A stretch of DNA of 64,000 bases from Pseudomonadales bacterium (GTDB lineage: Bacteria; Pseudomonadota; Gammaproteobacteria; Pseudomonadales; JAHRWD01), in contig JAESUM010000086.1 of NCBI GenBank assembly GCA_016763075.1, forward strand, positions 26-64,025, given 5' to 3'. Below the pieces are notes generated by a model that was given only the letters and a program-made list of their open reading frames with translations, made no database searches and was not told where the DNA came from. The translations under genes were made by a program, and so were the position numbers. This document shows, piece by piece, positions 49,210 through 58,684 of the stretch; the stretch's first letter is position 1; every line of letters begins with the position of its first letter.

Positions 49210-51204
49210 TTACCTATTTAGAGCTTTCTTCGCGGATGTTTTGGCTGCTGATGTTTTGGCTGCGCTAGATTTTACCGATTGACGCTTAAAAAACTGAACC
49301 ACGTCAGAGACATCGGAGCTGTAGCGCGCAGGCGGCAAGCTTTTAATGAAGGTTTTACCGTACCCTTTGGTCGTCAAACGCGGGTCGCCAATCATCAACA
49401 CACCACGATCTTGCGCACCACGAATCAGTCGCCCAACACCCTGCTTTAAGCTAATCACCGCCTGCGGGATTTGATACGTCGCAAAGGGATTCATACCTTG
49501 GTTTTTTAACTCGTTAAGACGTGACTGCACCACCGGATCACCGGGGGAAACAAAAGGCAATTTGTCGATCAAAACACAAGACAATGCGTCGCCTTGAATA
49601 TCAACCCCTTGCCAAAAACTGCTAGTACCCAGCAGCAGTGCTTGATCGTCCGCAACGAAGCCTTCTATCAAAGCTCGTTTCGATGCATCGCCCTGAACAT
49701 ACAGCGCGTAGTCGGTCCACTGCTCTAAAAGCTTGGCGGCTTCGCGTAATGCCCGATGGCTTGTGAACAGCAGAAATGCCCGGCCACCGCTCGCTTCAAG
49801 CACGGGCAAAGCTCTTTCGATAAAGGTTTTGGTGAAATCTTGGTTCGATGGCTCTGGCATCCCAGCTGGCAAATAACAGAGCATTTTGTTGGGGTAGTCG
49901 TATGAGCTACCCAGCAATAAGTCCCGCACTGGGCGTCCGCAATTCTCGGGAAACAGACCTAACTGGCCGTTGAAATATGAAAAATCTTCACTCACCGCTA
50001 GCGTCGCCGAGGTAAATACCCATGCACAATCGTATTCGATGATCGCCGCGCTAAAGGGCTCGGCAATAGACAGTGGCGTGAGGTGAATAGATACCGACTT
50101 ATTATGGGTTTCAAGCCAATGAATTTGCCCATCAACTGATTCAACCGTGAGTTTTTTAAAAGCCGCGTTAAGCTGCTGCGCACGCTCGTAACAGTGCTCC
50201 AAATCCTCCGATCGAACGCTGGCACTTTTTAAACGCTGCAACAGCTCGTTGAGATTATGGCGGGTGTTATCAATCACTTGCTGCACTTCTGGCAGCGGAT
50301 AAAACTTTTCCCACTGGTCGCGCTGACCGGTATGACCAAAAGCCAGCCTAAAAGACGCCAGGCCTGTGCTCAGCACTTCTGCAGCATCCAAGAGCCCACT
50401 GTCATCCGATGCATCTTGCAAGGCAACACTAAGGCTATCTGCCGCTAAATTTTGCAACTGACGGCTTGAAATAGACTCACCAAAAAAGCGGCTCGCGACA
50501 TCTGGGATTTGATGCGCTTCATCCATAATCACAGCGTCTGCTGCGGGCAGCAACTCGCCGAAACCTTGATCTTTTAACACCAAATCTGCCATAAACAGAT
50601 GATGATTCACCACCACCAAGTCAGCTTTTTGGGCTTTTTGACGTGCTTTAAGCAGCGGGCATTTTGCAATATCGGGGCATTTTTGCCCAAGGCAGTTGTC
50701 GTTGGTGCTGGTGACCTTCGATAAAATTGGTGCATCTTCGGCAATGGAAGACAGTTCTGAAAAATCCCCAGTGTCGGTATATTCGGCCCAATCGGCAATT
50801 TGTAACAGTTCCTCTCGGTCCGTTACAAAGGAAACTTCTTCCATCCAGATTCGTAATCTATGTGGGCATAAGTAGTTGGCGCGGCCTTTCAATAACGCAA
50901 TATCTAGCGTCACGCCAAGAATTTCTTGAACCCGAGGCAAGTCCCGCAAAAACAGTTGGTCTTGCAGATTTTTAGTGCCAGTAGAAATAATAGTCCGCAA
51001 ACCAGAAAGCAGTGCAGGCACCAAATAAGCGATGGTTTTACCGGTGCCGGTACCAGCTTCGGCCACCAAAATAGACTGGTCTTGCAGAGCTTGCTCAACC
51101 GATGCAGCCAGCGTTTTCTGCTCTGTACGGGCTTCGAAGCCATCGAGTTGTTGATCAAATACGCCGCCACTAGCAAGCACTGCAGCGCTGTTACTGTCAC
51201 GCAT
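49210..51204 (-). CDS. yoaA: DinG-family Fe-S DNA helicase YoaA
   Basis: EAGTGTGKT, NYLC...CLGQKCPDIAKC Fe-S cysteines, DEAH and QGVGRLIR; adjacent to tsaB. Confidence 0.92.
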   Translation of the reverse strand: MRDSNSAAVLASGGVFDQQLDGFEARTEQKTLAASVEQALQDQSILVAEAGTGTGKTIAYLVPALLSGLRTIISTGTKNLQDQLFLRDLPRVQEILGVTLDIALLKGRANYLCPHRLRIWMEEVSFVTDREELLQIADWAEYTDTGDFSELSSIAEDAPILSKVTSTNDNCLGQKCPDIAKCPLLKARQKAQKADLVVVNHHLFMADLVLKDQGFGELLPAADAVIMDEAHQIPDVASRFFGESISSRQLQNLAADSLSVALQDASDDSGLLDAAEVLSTGLASFRLAFGHTGQRDQWEKFYPLPEVQQVIDNTRHNLNELLQRLKSASVRSEDLEHCYERAQQLNAAFKKLTVESVDGQIHWLETHNKSVSIHLTPLSIAEPFSAAIIEYDCAWVFTSATLAVSEDFSYFNGQLGLFPENCGRPVRDLLLGSSYDYPNKMLCYLPAGMPEPSNQDFTKTFIERALPVLEASGGRAFLLFTSHRALREAAKLLEQWTDYALYVQGDASKRALIEGFVADDQALLLGTSSFWQGVDIQGDALSCVLIDKLPFVSPGDPVVQSRLNELKNQGMNPFATYQIPQAVISLKQGVGRLIRGAQDRGVLMIGDPRLTTKGYGKTFIKSLPPARYSSDVSDVVQFFKRQSVKSSAAKTSAAKTSAKKALNR

Positions 51205-51667
51205 TTAGTCGGCCCTGATCGATGCTCCAGGCTAACGTACCTAGGGCTTTAAATTTTGCTACAGACATAGGGCCACGTTTTTTACGAGTATCATTTTTGA
51301 GTTCATTCACTGCGCTGACCGCGGTTTTACGGTCCATTTGAAAGATTTCAACCGTGCGATATTCTTCATCAAGCAATACCAATAACAGCACATTCCAGTC
51401 GCCATCAAAATTGAGTTGGCCAATTCGGTAACCAGTTTTTCTGTCATCAAATACCACGCGGTTCTTAATTTGATAACGCTGTCGTTCACCAAAAATGGCA
51501 TCAACCCCAGACAAACCTTCCGGTGGCGCCTTTAAGTCGAGCAACTGAATGGCATCAAAACGCGCAAGCTCAGGCCCCACCGGCAAGGTTTGCCCGGTAG
51601 TCTTTCGGAATTGCGCCGCAACTCTTCGGGTTTCCTCCATCAATTTTTCAACCTGATAAACTGACAT
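51197..51667 (-). CDS. Conserved hypothetical protein, possible PD-(D/E)xK nuclease fold
   Basis: 156-aa ORF overlapping the yoaA start; E...GVDA...YQIK pattern. Confidence 0.7.
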   Translation of the reverse strand: MSVYQVEKLMEETRRVAAQFRKTTGQTLPVGPELARFDAIQLLDLKAPPEGLSGVDAIFGERQRYQIKNRVVFDDRKTGYRIGQLNFDGDWNVLLLVLLDEEYRTVEIFQMDRKTAVSAVNELKNDTRKKRGPMSVAKFKALGTLAWSIDQGRLNA

Positions 51668-51678
51668 CAACGTTCCAA

Positions 51679-52395
51679 TTGTTCAAGATTTGCAATCAAT
51701 CCGACATTATATGGCATGCTCGCCCCGTAATCAGTAGTCTAGCTCGACTCAAACCATACCTACTTCAAAACCATGAAAAAAACAGATCACTTAGCGCGCT
51801 AATTCTGGCCGGCGGCCGCTCAACCCGAATGAACAAACAGGACAAAGGACTGCTGTTATTCAAGCAAAAACCGCTGGTTAGTCACTTGATCGACCGGTTT
51901 GGCTCCCAGCTTGAATCTGTATCGATCAGCTGTAACCGTAATTTTGAGCAATATCAGCAGTTTGGCTGCCCATTGATTCGTGATCAAGAAGCTGATTTTG
52001 CCGGGCCATTGGCGGGAATTGAAGCGGGGCTAGCGGCCTGCACCACACCGTACTTGTTGGTGATTCCCTGCGATATGCCGCTCTTACCTAAATCTTTGAT
52101 TGAGAAATTATGGCAACCGATTGTAGATCAGACCCATTCAAACCAAATCAATAGCGAAGAAAACAACCTGATAACCGTCGCCCGCGGTGGCCAGCAGCTT
52201 CAGGTTCTGGTGATGATTTTGCCTGTAAGCTGTCAGTCATCCATTAAGCAATACCTTTCTGACGACAGGCATTCTGTTCACGGGTGGCTAAAAAAACAGA
52301 CCGTACAGGAAGTGGTGTTCCCGAACGAAGAATCGCGCTTTATTAATATCAACTCTCAGATTGAGCTCGATTCTCAAAACGCAACAAAAGATTAG
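51679..52395 (+). CDS. mobA: Molybdenum cofactor guanylyltransferase (start ambiguous)
   Basis: ILAGGRSTRM...DKGL, GPLAGI, PCDMP and NIN. Confidence 0.88.
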   Translation: MFKICNQSDIIWHARPVISSLARLKPYLLQNHEKNRSLSALILAGGRSTRMNKQDKGLLLFKQKPLVSHLIDRFGSQLESVSISCNRNFEQYQQFGCPLIRDQEADFAGPLAGIEAGLAACTTPYLLVIPCDMPLLPKSLIEKLWQPIVDQTHSNQINSEENNLITVARGGQQLQVLVMILPVSCQSSIKQYLSDDRHSVHGWLKKQTVQEVVFPNEESRFININSQIELDSQNATKD

Positions 52396-52494
52396 GAAGA
52401 GACACGAAAACCTGCTGAACAATATTCACACCATCGAATATTATCTGGCTTCAGTGGCTTAGCCCAACCTAGGCATTGCTATCATCCCAACGAG

Positions 52495-53433
52495 TTATAC
52501 AGCTAACAACCCCTCGAAGTATTTGATTGTTTTTTCGAGCCCTTCATCTAGTTGAATATCCGGTTCCCATTGCAATAATTCTCTTGCTAACGAGATATCG
52601 GGCTGGCGTTGGCGCGGATCATCTTCCGGCAGCGGTTTGAAAATAAGTTGTGATGAGGAACCCGTCAACTGCACCGTGCGTTCAGCCAATTGCCTAATTG
52701 TAAATTCGTGGGGGTTACCTAAATTTACCGGGCCAGTCACGTCATCCTGCGTTGCCATCAAACGAACGAAACCTTCGATAAGGTCATCCACATAACAAAA
52801 ACTGCGTGTTTGCTCACCTTCGCCGTAGATCGTAATATCTTCACCTTTTAGTGCCTGCACGATAAAATTGCTAACGACACGACCATCATCCGGATGCATA
52901 TTTGGTCCATACGTATTAAAAATACGCGCGACCTTTATCTTTATTTTGTGCTGGCGATTGTAATCAAAAAATAAAGTTTCAGCGCATCGCTTTCCTTCAT
53001 CGTAACAAGACCGAATACCTATTGGGTTTACTCGTCCCCAATAACTCTCGGGTTGAGGGTGAACTTCAGGGTCACCGTATACTTCACTAGTTGACGCCTG
53101 GAATATTTTTGCATTAGTTCGTTTTGCCAACCCCAGCATATTAATCGCACCGTGCACGCTTGTTTTAGTTGTTTGTACCGGATCATATTGGTAATGAACC
53201 GGAGATGCGGGGCAAGCCAAATTATATATTTCGTCAACTTCAACGTAGAGAGGAAAGGTCACATCGTGGCGCATTAATTCAAAGTATGGATTCGAAAGCA
53301 TATGCGCAATATTCGCCTTAGAACCTGTAAAATAATTATCTACACAGAGAACTTCATTCCCCATTTGCAGCAAACGCTGGCACAAATGCGAGCCCACAAA
53401 GCCCGCTCCCCCAGTAACTAATATGCGCTTCAT
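52495..53433 (-). CDS. UDP-glucuronate decarboxylase (UDP-xylose synthase)
   Basis: [40 protein letters not shown] and DDPRQR. Confidence 0.92.
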   Translation of the reverse strand: MKRILVTGGAGFVGSHLCQRLLQMGNEVLCVDNYFTGSKANIAHMLSNPYFELMRHDVTFPLYVEVDEIYNLACPASPVHYQYDPVQTTKTSVHGAINMLGLAKRTNAKIFQASTSEVYGDPEVHPQPESYWGRVNPIGIRSCYDEGKRCAETLFFDYNRQHKIKIKVARIFNTYGPNMHPDDGRVVSNFIVQALKGEDITIYGEGEQTRSFCYVDDLIEGFVRLMATQDDVTGPVNLGNPHEFTIRQLAERTVQLTGSSSQLIFKPLPEDDPRQRQPDISLARELLQWEPDIQLDEGLEKTIKYFEGLLAV

Positions 53434-54065
53434 CCTTTTTATTCCTTAATTCGAGCAGGTTATATAACGATTTACTTATTCAGTTTAGCTTGCTATGCCT
53501 CATATAAAAACGCTCTATTTCAAAAATAGTCAGCCAATAGTAATTGCATGCGTATCCACGAGGATTGAACTTGCTTTTACGCATCTATCACATGCATAGA
53601 AAACAGCCAACAACTCGGCTAGATTCGTTCTTAAAACTGGCATCTCGAAAAGTAATATGAGCAAGCCTGCTAGCCCGCGGCTCATATGTAAATGAGGATA
53701 CTACCCGTAAGCTGCCACGCAGCTATTCAGAAATATTGAGGAAGTAACAAGCCTTCGGTTTACAACGAGCTTAACAACAAAAACTTAGAATACGTGATGC
53801 TCTTCGATGATGGAGCAAGTTTCATCCACATGCAGGTAGAGCTAGCGAATTAAGCTAGGCTTCAAAGCAATGCCGCTAAGCTTCATTAGCCAGCATTAGA
53901 ATTTCTGATGAAAATTAGACCCTGGAACTGCACCGCGTAGCAATATGAACGTAACGACGCTATAAAAACCATCCGATAGCTTCAATTGCCCCCGAACATA
54001 GTACCAATAGCTTCATACGAAAAAGCACCATTTAAAGCTTCTTTGGCCAGCGGTTGCTTGCTAAG

Positions 54066-55292
54066 TCAATGATAACGTTTCATCTTAACTGGGTCTGGAA
54101 AATTCAGGTCACTGCCAATATTAGAACTAATCTCGTTAACCACTGCCTTCGTGATTTTAAATATTGCAGACGTGACTAATTCTTCGTTACTCAATAAATA
54201 CCTTCGCCGATTCAGTAAGTCGACCAACTCTTGAAAAAGTTCAAGGTTATTTCTTTGGCTAATCATATCTGCATACCGGATGCTATCGCTTGTTGTGCTA
54301 CGAACATTAAAAAGCACTACATTTTCTCTACTGGCTACATGCGTAACTTTAATAGAGCCCGATAATGTTAACGATATATCATCCCAGTACTCATCGTATC
54401 GCACATAGGTTTCTTTACTACAAATGTCGGAGTATCGGTTTCCTTGGCGGTCTTCACGTTCACAGTTATAGTTATAGTTATAGTTATAAAGGTAATAAGC
54501 CATAACTTCTCTCATCCTTTTCTCTTTTAACCCTTGATGCGATAGGTTCACCTGTGTCAGTTTTCCCGAAATAATATAATCAACATCACGATTGTTTTCG
54601 TTAGCCTCTACTACCTGCAAGAAGCGACTACCGTTTTTATTTAAAGCCGATATTATTTCGTCATAAATGAAGTCGCCTACCGACATACCTGCAATGTTTC
54701 GTCTGGTGGGGTTATAAAACTGTTTAAATGCAATCCTAACCATCGCACAAGAGTTGCCCTAACTTAGCCGCCGGGTTAAATCTCGATAATCTGGCATTAA
54801 ACGAGCTGCGCGCTCAAAGTCATACAGTGACTCTCTGCAATAATTATTTTCTAGAAAATATCGCCCTAGAGAGTAGTAAATAGAAGCTGCCTTCAAGATA
54901 GGCTCTTTGTGCCCTCTCCCTGTTTGACTAGACTGTAAATAGTACCCCGCAGCAGTGCGATACTGATTATTCGATTCCAACAATTCAGCATTTTTATAAT
55001 AGGATTCAGCAATTTTTATTGAACTGTCTTTATAATCACCTTCTTGTTTAGATTTCTCATGCTGAGCAACTGCTTCAAGGTATTTGTGGTTAGCGAATAA
55101 TTTCTGGGCTTTTTGGTAATGCACTTCAGCGGCCTTCGTTCGCATCTGGGTTATTTTCGATTCCGCGTCTATTACAGGAAAATTAAGACACCTTCCTTTT
55201 TCTATATGCCGAACACTAATGTGGGTACACCCGGCAGTGAACATAAAAAATAAAACCAGAATTAGTCCAATATTTCTTGCAGCGTTATGCAT
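54066..55292 (-). pseudogene. TPR-containing lipoprotein split by one in-frame TAG
   Basis: ORFs 54759-55292 (lipobox TAGC, TPR-like helices) and 54066-54743 share a frame: ...LTRRLS*GNSCAMVRIAF... Confidence 0.7.
54464..54487. repeat. (AGTTAT)4 microsatellite encoding YNYNYNYN
   Basis: Read directly from the sequence. Confidence 0.9.
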
Positions 55293-55301
55293 ACAGCTAT
55301 C

Positions 55302-55341
55302 CTCAGTAGCTCAGTAGCTCAGTAGCTCAATAGCTCAATAG
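55302..55341. repeat. Five tandem 8-bp units CTCARTAG
   Basis: CTCAGTAG x3 plus CTCAATAG x2, about 10 nt upstream of the ATG at 55292. Confidence 0.92.
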
Positions 55342-55403
55342 TATTAATGAGAAGTATGGGAAGTTATTTTATAAACACATGCGTTCATACCTAGGGTAGG
55401 CCT

Positions 55404-56492
55404 TTATGTCACGCCTTCTTGATGCACCTGTTTAATGGCCCGTGGCCATGAGGTCATAATCGCTTTTACAAAGGTTGCGAGAGGTATGGCGAAAAACACA
55501 CCCCAAAAACCCCAAAAGCTGCCAAACACCAATACCGCCAAAATGATGCCCACTGGGTGTAAATTAACCGCTTCAGAAAACAATAACGGCACCAGCACGT
55601 AGCCATCGGGTATTTGTAAAATTAGATGGCCAATCATCAAGTAGGCGAACAGGTCTGTTGCGCCCCACTGAAAATACCCGATAAGTGCTACCGGTACAGT
55701 CACTATGGCTACGCCAATGTACGGCACCACTACCGATAGACCCACCAGTAATGCCAACAAGGCTGCGTAGTTTAAATCTAAAGAAACAAACAGCACGAAA
55801 CTGGCTGCTCCGGTAATCACAATTTCAATCACTTTCCCGCGAACATAGTTTGAAAGCTGTTGGTCCATTTCGGCCCAAATGCTGTTTAGTAGTGGCCGGC
55901 GTTTGGGTAAGCGCGCTGCAAGCCAGCCCACCAAATACACTTTGTCTTTAAGCAGAAAAAACACCAACACTGGAACAAGCACCAGATACACCAAAATACT
56001 GACTACGTTGGGCAATAATGTGAATGAAAAAGACAATAATTTTTGCCCAAATGCACCCACTTCGCTTTTTCCAAGCTCAACCCAGTCATGCAGCTGTTGG
56101 GCGGATAAAAGGTCGGGGTGATCCACAGGGAACTGTAAAAGGATTGCCTGGCCTTTATGAAACATGTTGGGCAAGGCATTAAACAGATGCGTAAGTTGGT
56201 TCCAAACCAGCGGCAATACTAGAAAAATCAATACCGTTAGAACACCTAAAAACAGTACGTAGCAGGTGCTGAATGCGATCCAATAGGGTACTTTGCGTTT
56301 TTCTAAGCTGCCAATCACGCCTTGCAGTAAATACGCCACCACTACGCTTGCGAAAAAAGGCACCAACACTTGCCCCAAAGCCGCTACAACAACCATGAAA
56401 CCAACGATAAGCGCTACCAGCAGTACTGCTTCTTCATCTTGAAAGTAGTGGTTTGCCCACTTACGAATTGTGCCGAACATAGGTTGTATCAC
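55404..56492 (-). CDS. perM: AI-2E family transporter (PerM-like)
   Basis: FFLLKD, NYVRGK, VPYIG, LVPLLFSEAVNLHP and FAIPLA. Confidence 0.88.
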   Translation of the reverse strand: MIQPMFGTIRKWANHYFQDEEAVLLVALIVGFMVVVAALGQVLVPFFASVVVAYLLQGVIGSLEKRKVPYWIAFSTCYVLFLGVLTVLIFLVLPLVWNQLTHLFNALPNMFHKGQAILLQFPVDHPDLLSAQQLHDWVELGKSEVGAFGQKLLSFSFTLLPNVVSILVYLVLVPVLVFFLLKDKVYLVGWLAARLPKRRPLLNSIWAEMDQQLSNYVRGKVIEIVITGAASFVLFVSLDLNYAALLALLVGLSVVVPYIGVAIVTVPVALIGYFQWGATDLFAYLMIGHLILQIPDGYVLVPLLFSEAVNLHPVGIILAVLVFGSFWGFWGVFFAIPLATFVKAIMTSWPRAIKQVHQEGVT

Positions 56493-56519
56493 CTGATCTA
56501 CGTTTAAATGCTGTTTAAA

Positions 56520-56759
56520 TTAAGGTTTCAATAATTGGTAATAGTAGTGCTCGCCTTCTTGCCACCAGCGCTCTAGTTGGTATTGGCTTTGCTCTGCAAA
56601 CACTTGAAAATCACGCACTGAGCCTGGGTCGGTTGCTTTAATTTCAATGCGGCCACCGGAAGGTAATTTGTTAAGTGCTAGCTTGGTTTTGAGCAAAGGT
56701 AACGGGCAAGTCAAACCTGAGAAATCAAGCTGCGGTACTGCCCTTTGGTCTTGCGGCAT
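56520..56759 (-). CDS. TusA/SirA-family sulfurtransferase
   Basis: LDFSGLTCPLPLLK and TDPGSVRDF. Confidence 0.9.
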   Translation of the reverse strand: MPQDQRAVPQLDFSGLTCPLPLLKTKLALNKLPSGGRIEIKATDPGSVRDFQVFAEQSQYQLERWWQEGEHYYYQLLKP

Positions 56760-56989
56760 CGTATCTACTCTAAATGCAAAAAAACCAGTATATCGAAGCT
56801 ACCGAAAAGTTGTGGCAGAGTTTTAAAACCCCATAATGCCTTGCAATCACATTATCAATAACTGCTCTGCACAACTCTGGAATTAATTGAGCCTTGTGCT
56901 GTCGTATTTTGCTACGTTGGCCTCATGCTATGGTAGTTAAGCACTCACCTATTTTAATAATCGATCTTTTCAAAAACATGCGTATTTTC

Positions 56990-58486
56990 ATGACTAGTAA
57001 AATCACTGAGTTCATCCAGCGCTGCGCAATGCTAGCAATGTTTTCTCTGTTGTTGGCTGTACCTCAGAGCGCAATGGCCGCCCCGCTAAAAGACCCAAAT
57101 TTACCCTACCTTGGTGATGCCAGTTCAGCGATTGTTTCGCCACTGCAGGAATACTGGCTGGGCCGTGGTTGGCTTAGGCAGTTTCGCCGCCAAGTTGGCA
57201 CCCTTGATGACCCATTGGTTAATCACTACCTTGAAAACCTAGTCTTTCAATTGGTACCAGGAAGCGGCCTTGGCAACTGGCCCATCGAACTGATAGTGGT
57301 AGATAACCCCGCGTTGAATGCCTTTGCCGTTCCTGGTGGAGTGTTAGGCATCAATTCTGGCACGCTCAAATATGCGCAAACTGAAGCGGAACTCGCGGCT
57401 ATTGTGGCGCACGAATTGGCCCACATGAGCCAACGGCATTTTGCCCGTGGCATTGAAGAATCTAAACGAAACCAAACGCCGGCATTGGCCGCAATGCTTG
57501 CCAGTATTTTACTCATAGCGACTGTAGGCGGCGACGCAGGTTTTGCTGCACTGGCAGGTACTCAAGCGGCTATTCAGCAACAGTACCTGCGCTTTAGCCG
57601 CAAGAATGAAGCCGAGGCTGACCGGCTGGGTTTAGTCACCCTAACCAATGCCAATTATGACCCCCTTGCCATGCCTATGATGTTTGAACGAATGTTACGG
57701 GCCAAACGTTATTCTGGGCAAAACCCGCCGGAGTTTTTACTGACTCACCCATTAACTGAGTCACGAGTAGCCGACACCCGTAACCGCGCCGAGCAGTATA
57801 CAAAGAGCCCATCGTTAAAACGCGATAGCCTGCAATACCACCTTATTCGCACCCGAATTCAAGCGCTTGCCGAGCGCTCGCCGGGCAAACTCATTAAATA
57901 CTTCAAAGCCAAAATTGAAGAAGGTATCTCCCCCTACCCGCAAGCAGATAAATACGGATTAGCAATTGCCTACATCAACACCGAGCAATTCTCCAAAGCG
58001 GCCGAAACCCTCAGCGCGCTGTTAAAGGCCAACCCTTCACAGGTTGAATACATCATTGCCAGTTCAGAGATTGCACTGCAAAACCAGCGCACGGCCCAAG
58101 CCGTAGCTATGCTTAAAAAACAAACTGAATTGCAGCCAGGGCATTACCCATTAGAGGTGCAATTGGCCAAGGCGTATAGGCTAAACAGCGCGCACAAAGC
58201 ATCTGCCAAAATATTAGAAAATATTTCCAAAACCCGTAAGGACGACCCCTACGTTTGGTTTGAGCTTGCCGAAGCGCGTGGCTTAGCTGGCGATACACTG
58301 GGCGTACATCGCGCCAGAGGCGAGTTCTTTCAACTCGTTGGTAACTTCAGCCAAGCTAAAAAACAGCTTAAATATGCGCTACGAATGACCCAACACCAAT
58401 TTGCCGTTTCATCATTAATAGAACAGCGCATTGAAGAGATTACCAAAATTCAATATTCCTCTAAGGATGCGATGAAATCTCTGTAG
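56990..58486 (+). CDS. bepA: Beta-barrel assembly-enhancing protease BepA (M48 plus TPR)
   Basis: NAFAVPGG, HELAH, EAEADR, LLTHP and C-terminal TPRs; start set to ATG 56990. Confidence 0.9.
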   Translation: MTSKITEFIQRCAMLAMFSLLLAVPQSAMAAPLKDPNLPYLGDASSAIVSPLQEYWLGRGWLRQFRRQVGTLDDPLVNHYLENLVFQLVPGSGLGNWPIELIVVDNPALNAFAVPGGVLGINSGTLKYAQTEAELAAIVAHELAHMSQRHFARGIEESKRNQTPALAAMLASILLIATVGGDAGFAALAGTQAAIQQQYLRFSRKNEAEADRLGLVTLTNANYDPLAMPMMFERMLRAKRYSGQNPPEFLLTHPLTESRVADTRNRAEQYTKSPSLKRDSLQYHLIRTRIQALAERSPGKLIKYFKAKIEEGISPYPQADKYGLAIAYINTEQFSKAAETLSALLKANPSQVEYIIASSEIALQNQRTAQAVAMLKKQTELQPGHYPLEVQLAKAYRLNSAHKASAKILENISKTRKDDPYVWFELAEARGLAGDTLGVHRARGEFFQLVGNFSQAKKQLKYALRMTQHQFAVSSLIEQRIEEITKIQYSSKDAMKSL

Positions 58487-58684
58487 ACATCCGCAGTTGA
58501 AGCGCAAAACGCCGTGCCAACTTACATACTGTCCATAGCACCGTTTTGAATTACCCGAAGCCAGCTCAGAATAAAATCTAACTACCAACAGCCCAGCCGC
58601 CTTATCTGTTCAAATAACAACCATTACGTATTAGAATCAGTGCATATTTCGCTAATTCTACGTCTTTGAATAGGAGACGAAATC

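Noticed and set aside
58505-58522. sigma54-like TGGCAC...TTGC on the minus strand after bepA
   Set aside because: GG-to-GC spacing is 11 rather than 10 nt, and it points antisense into bepA
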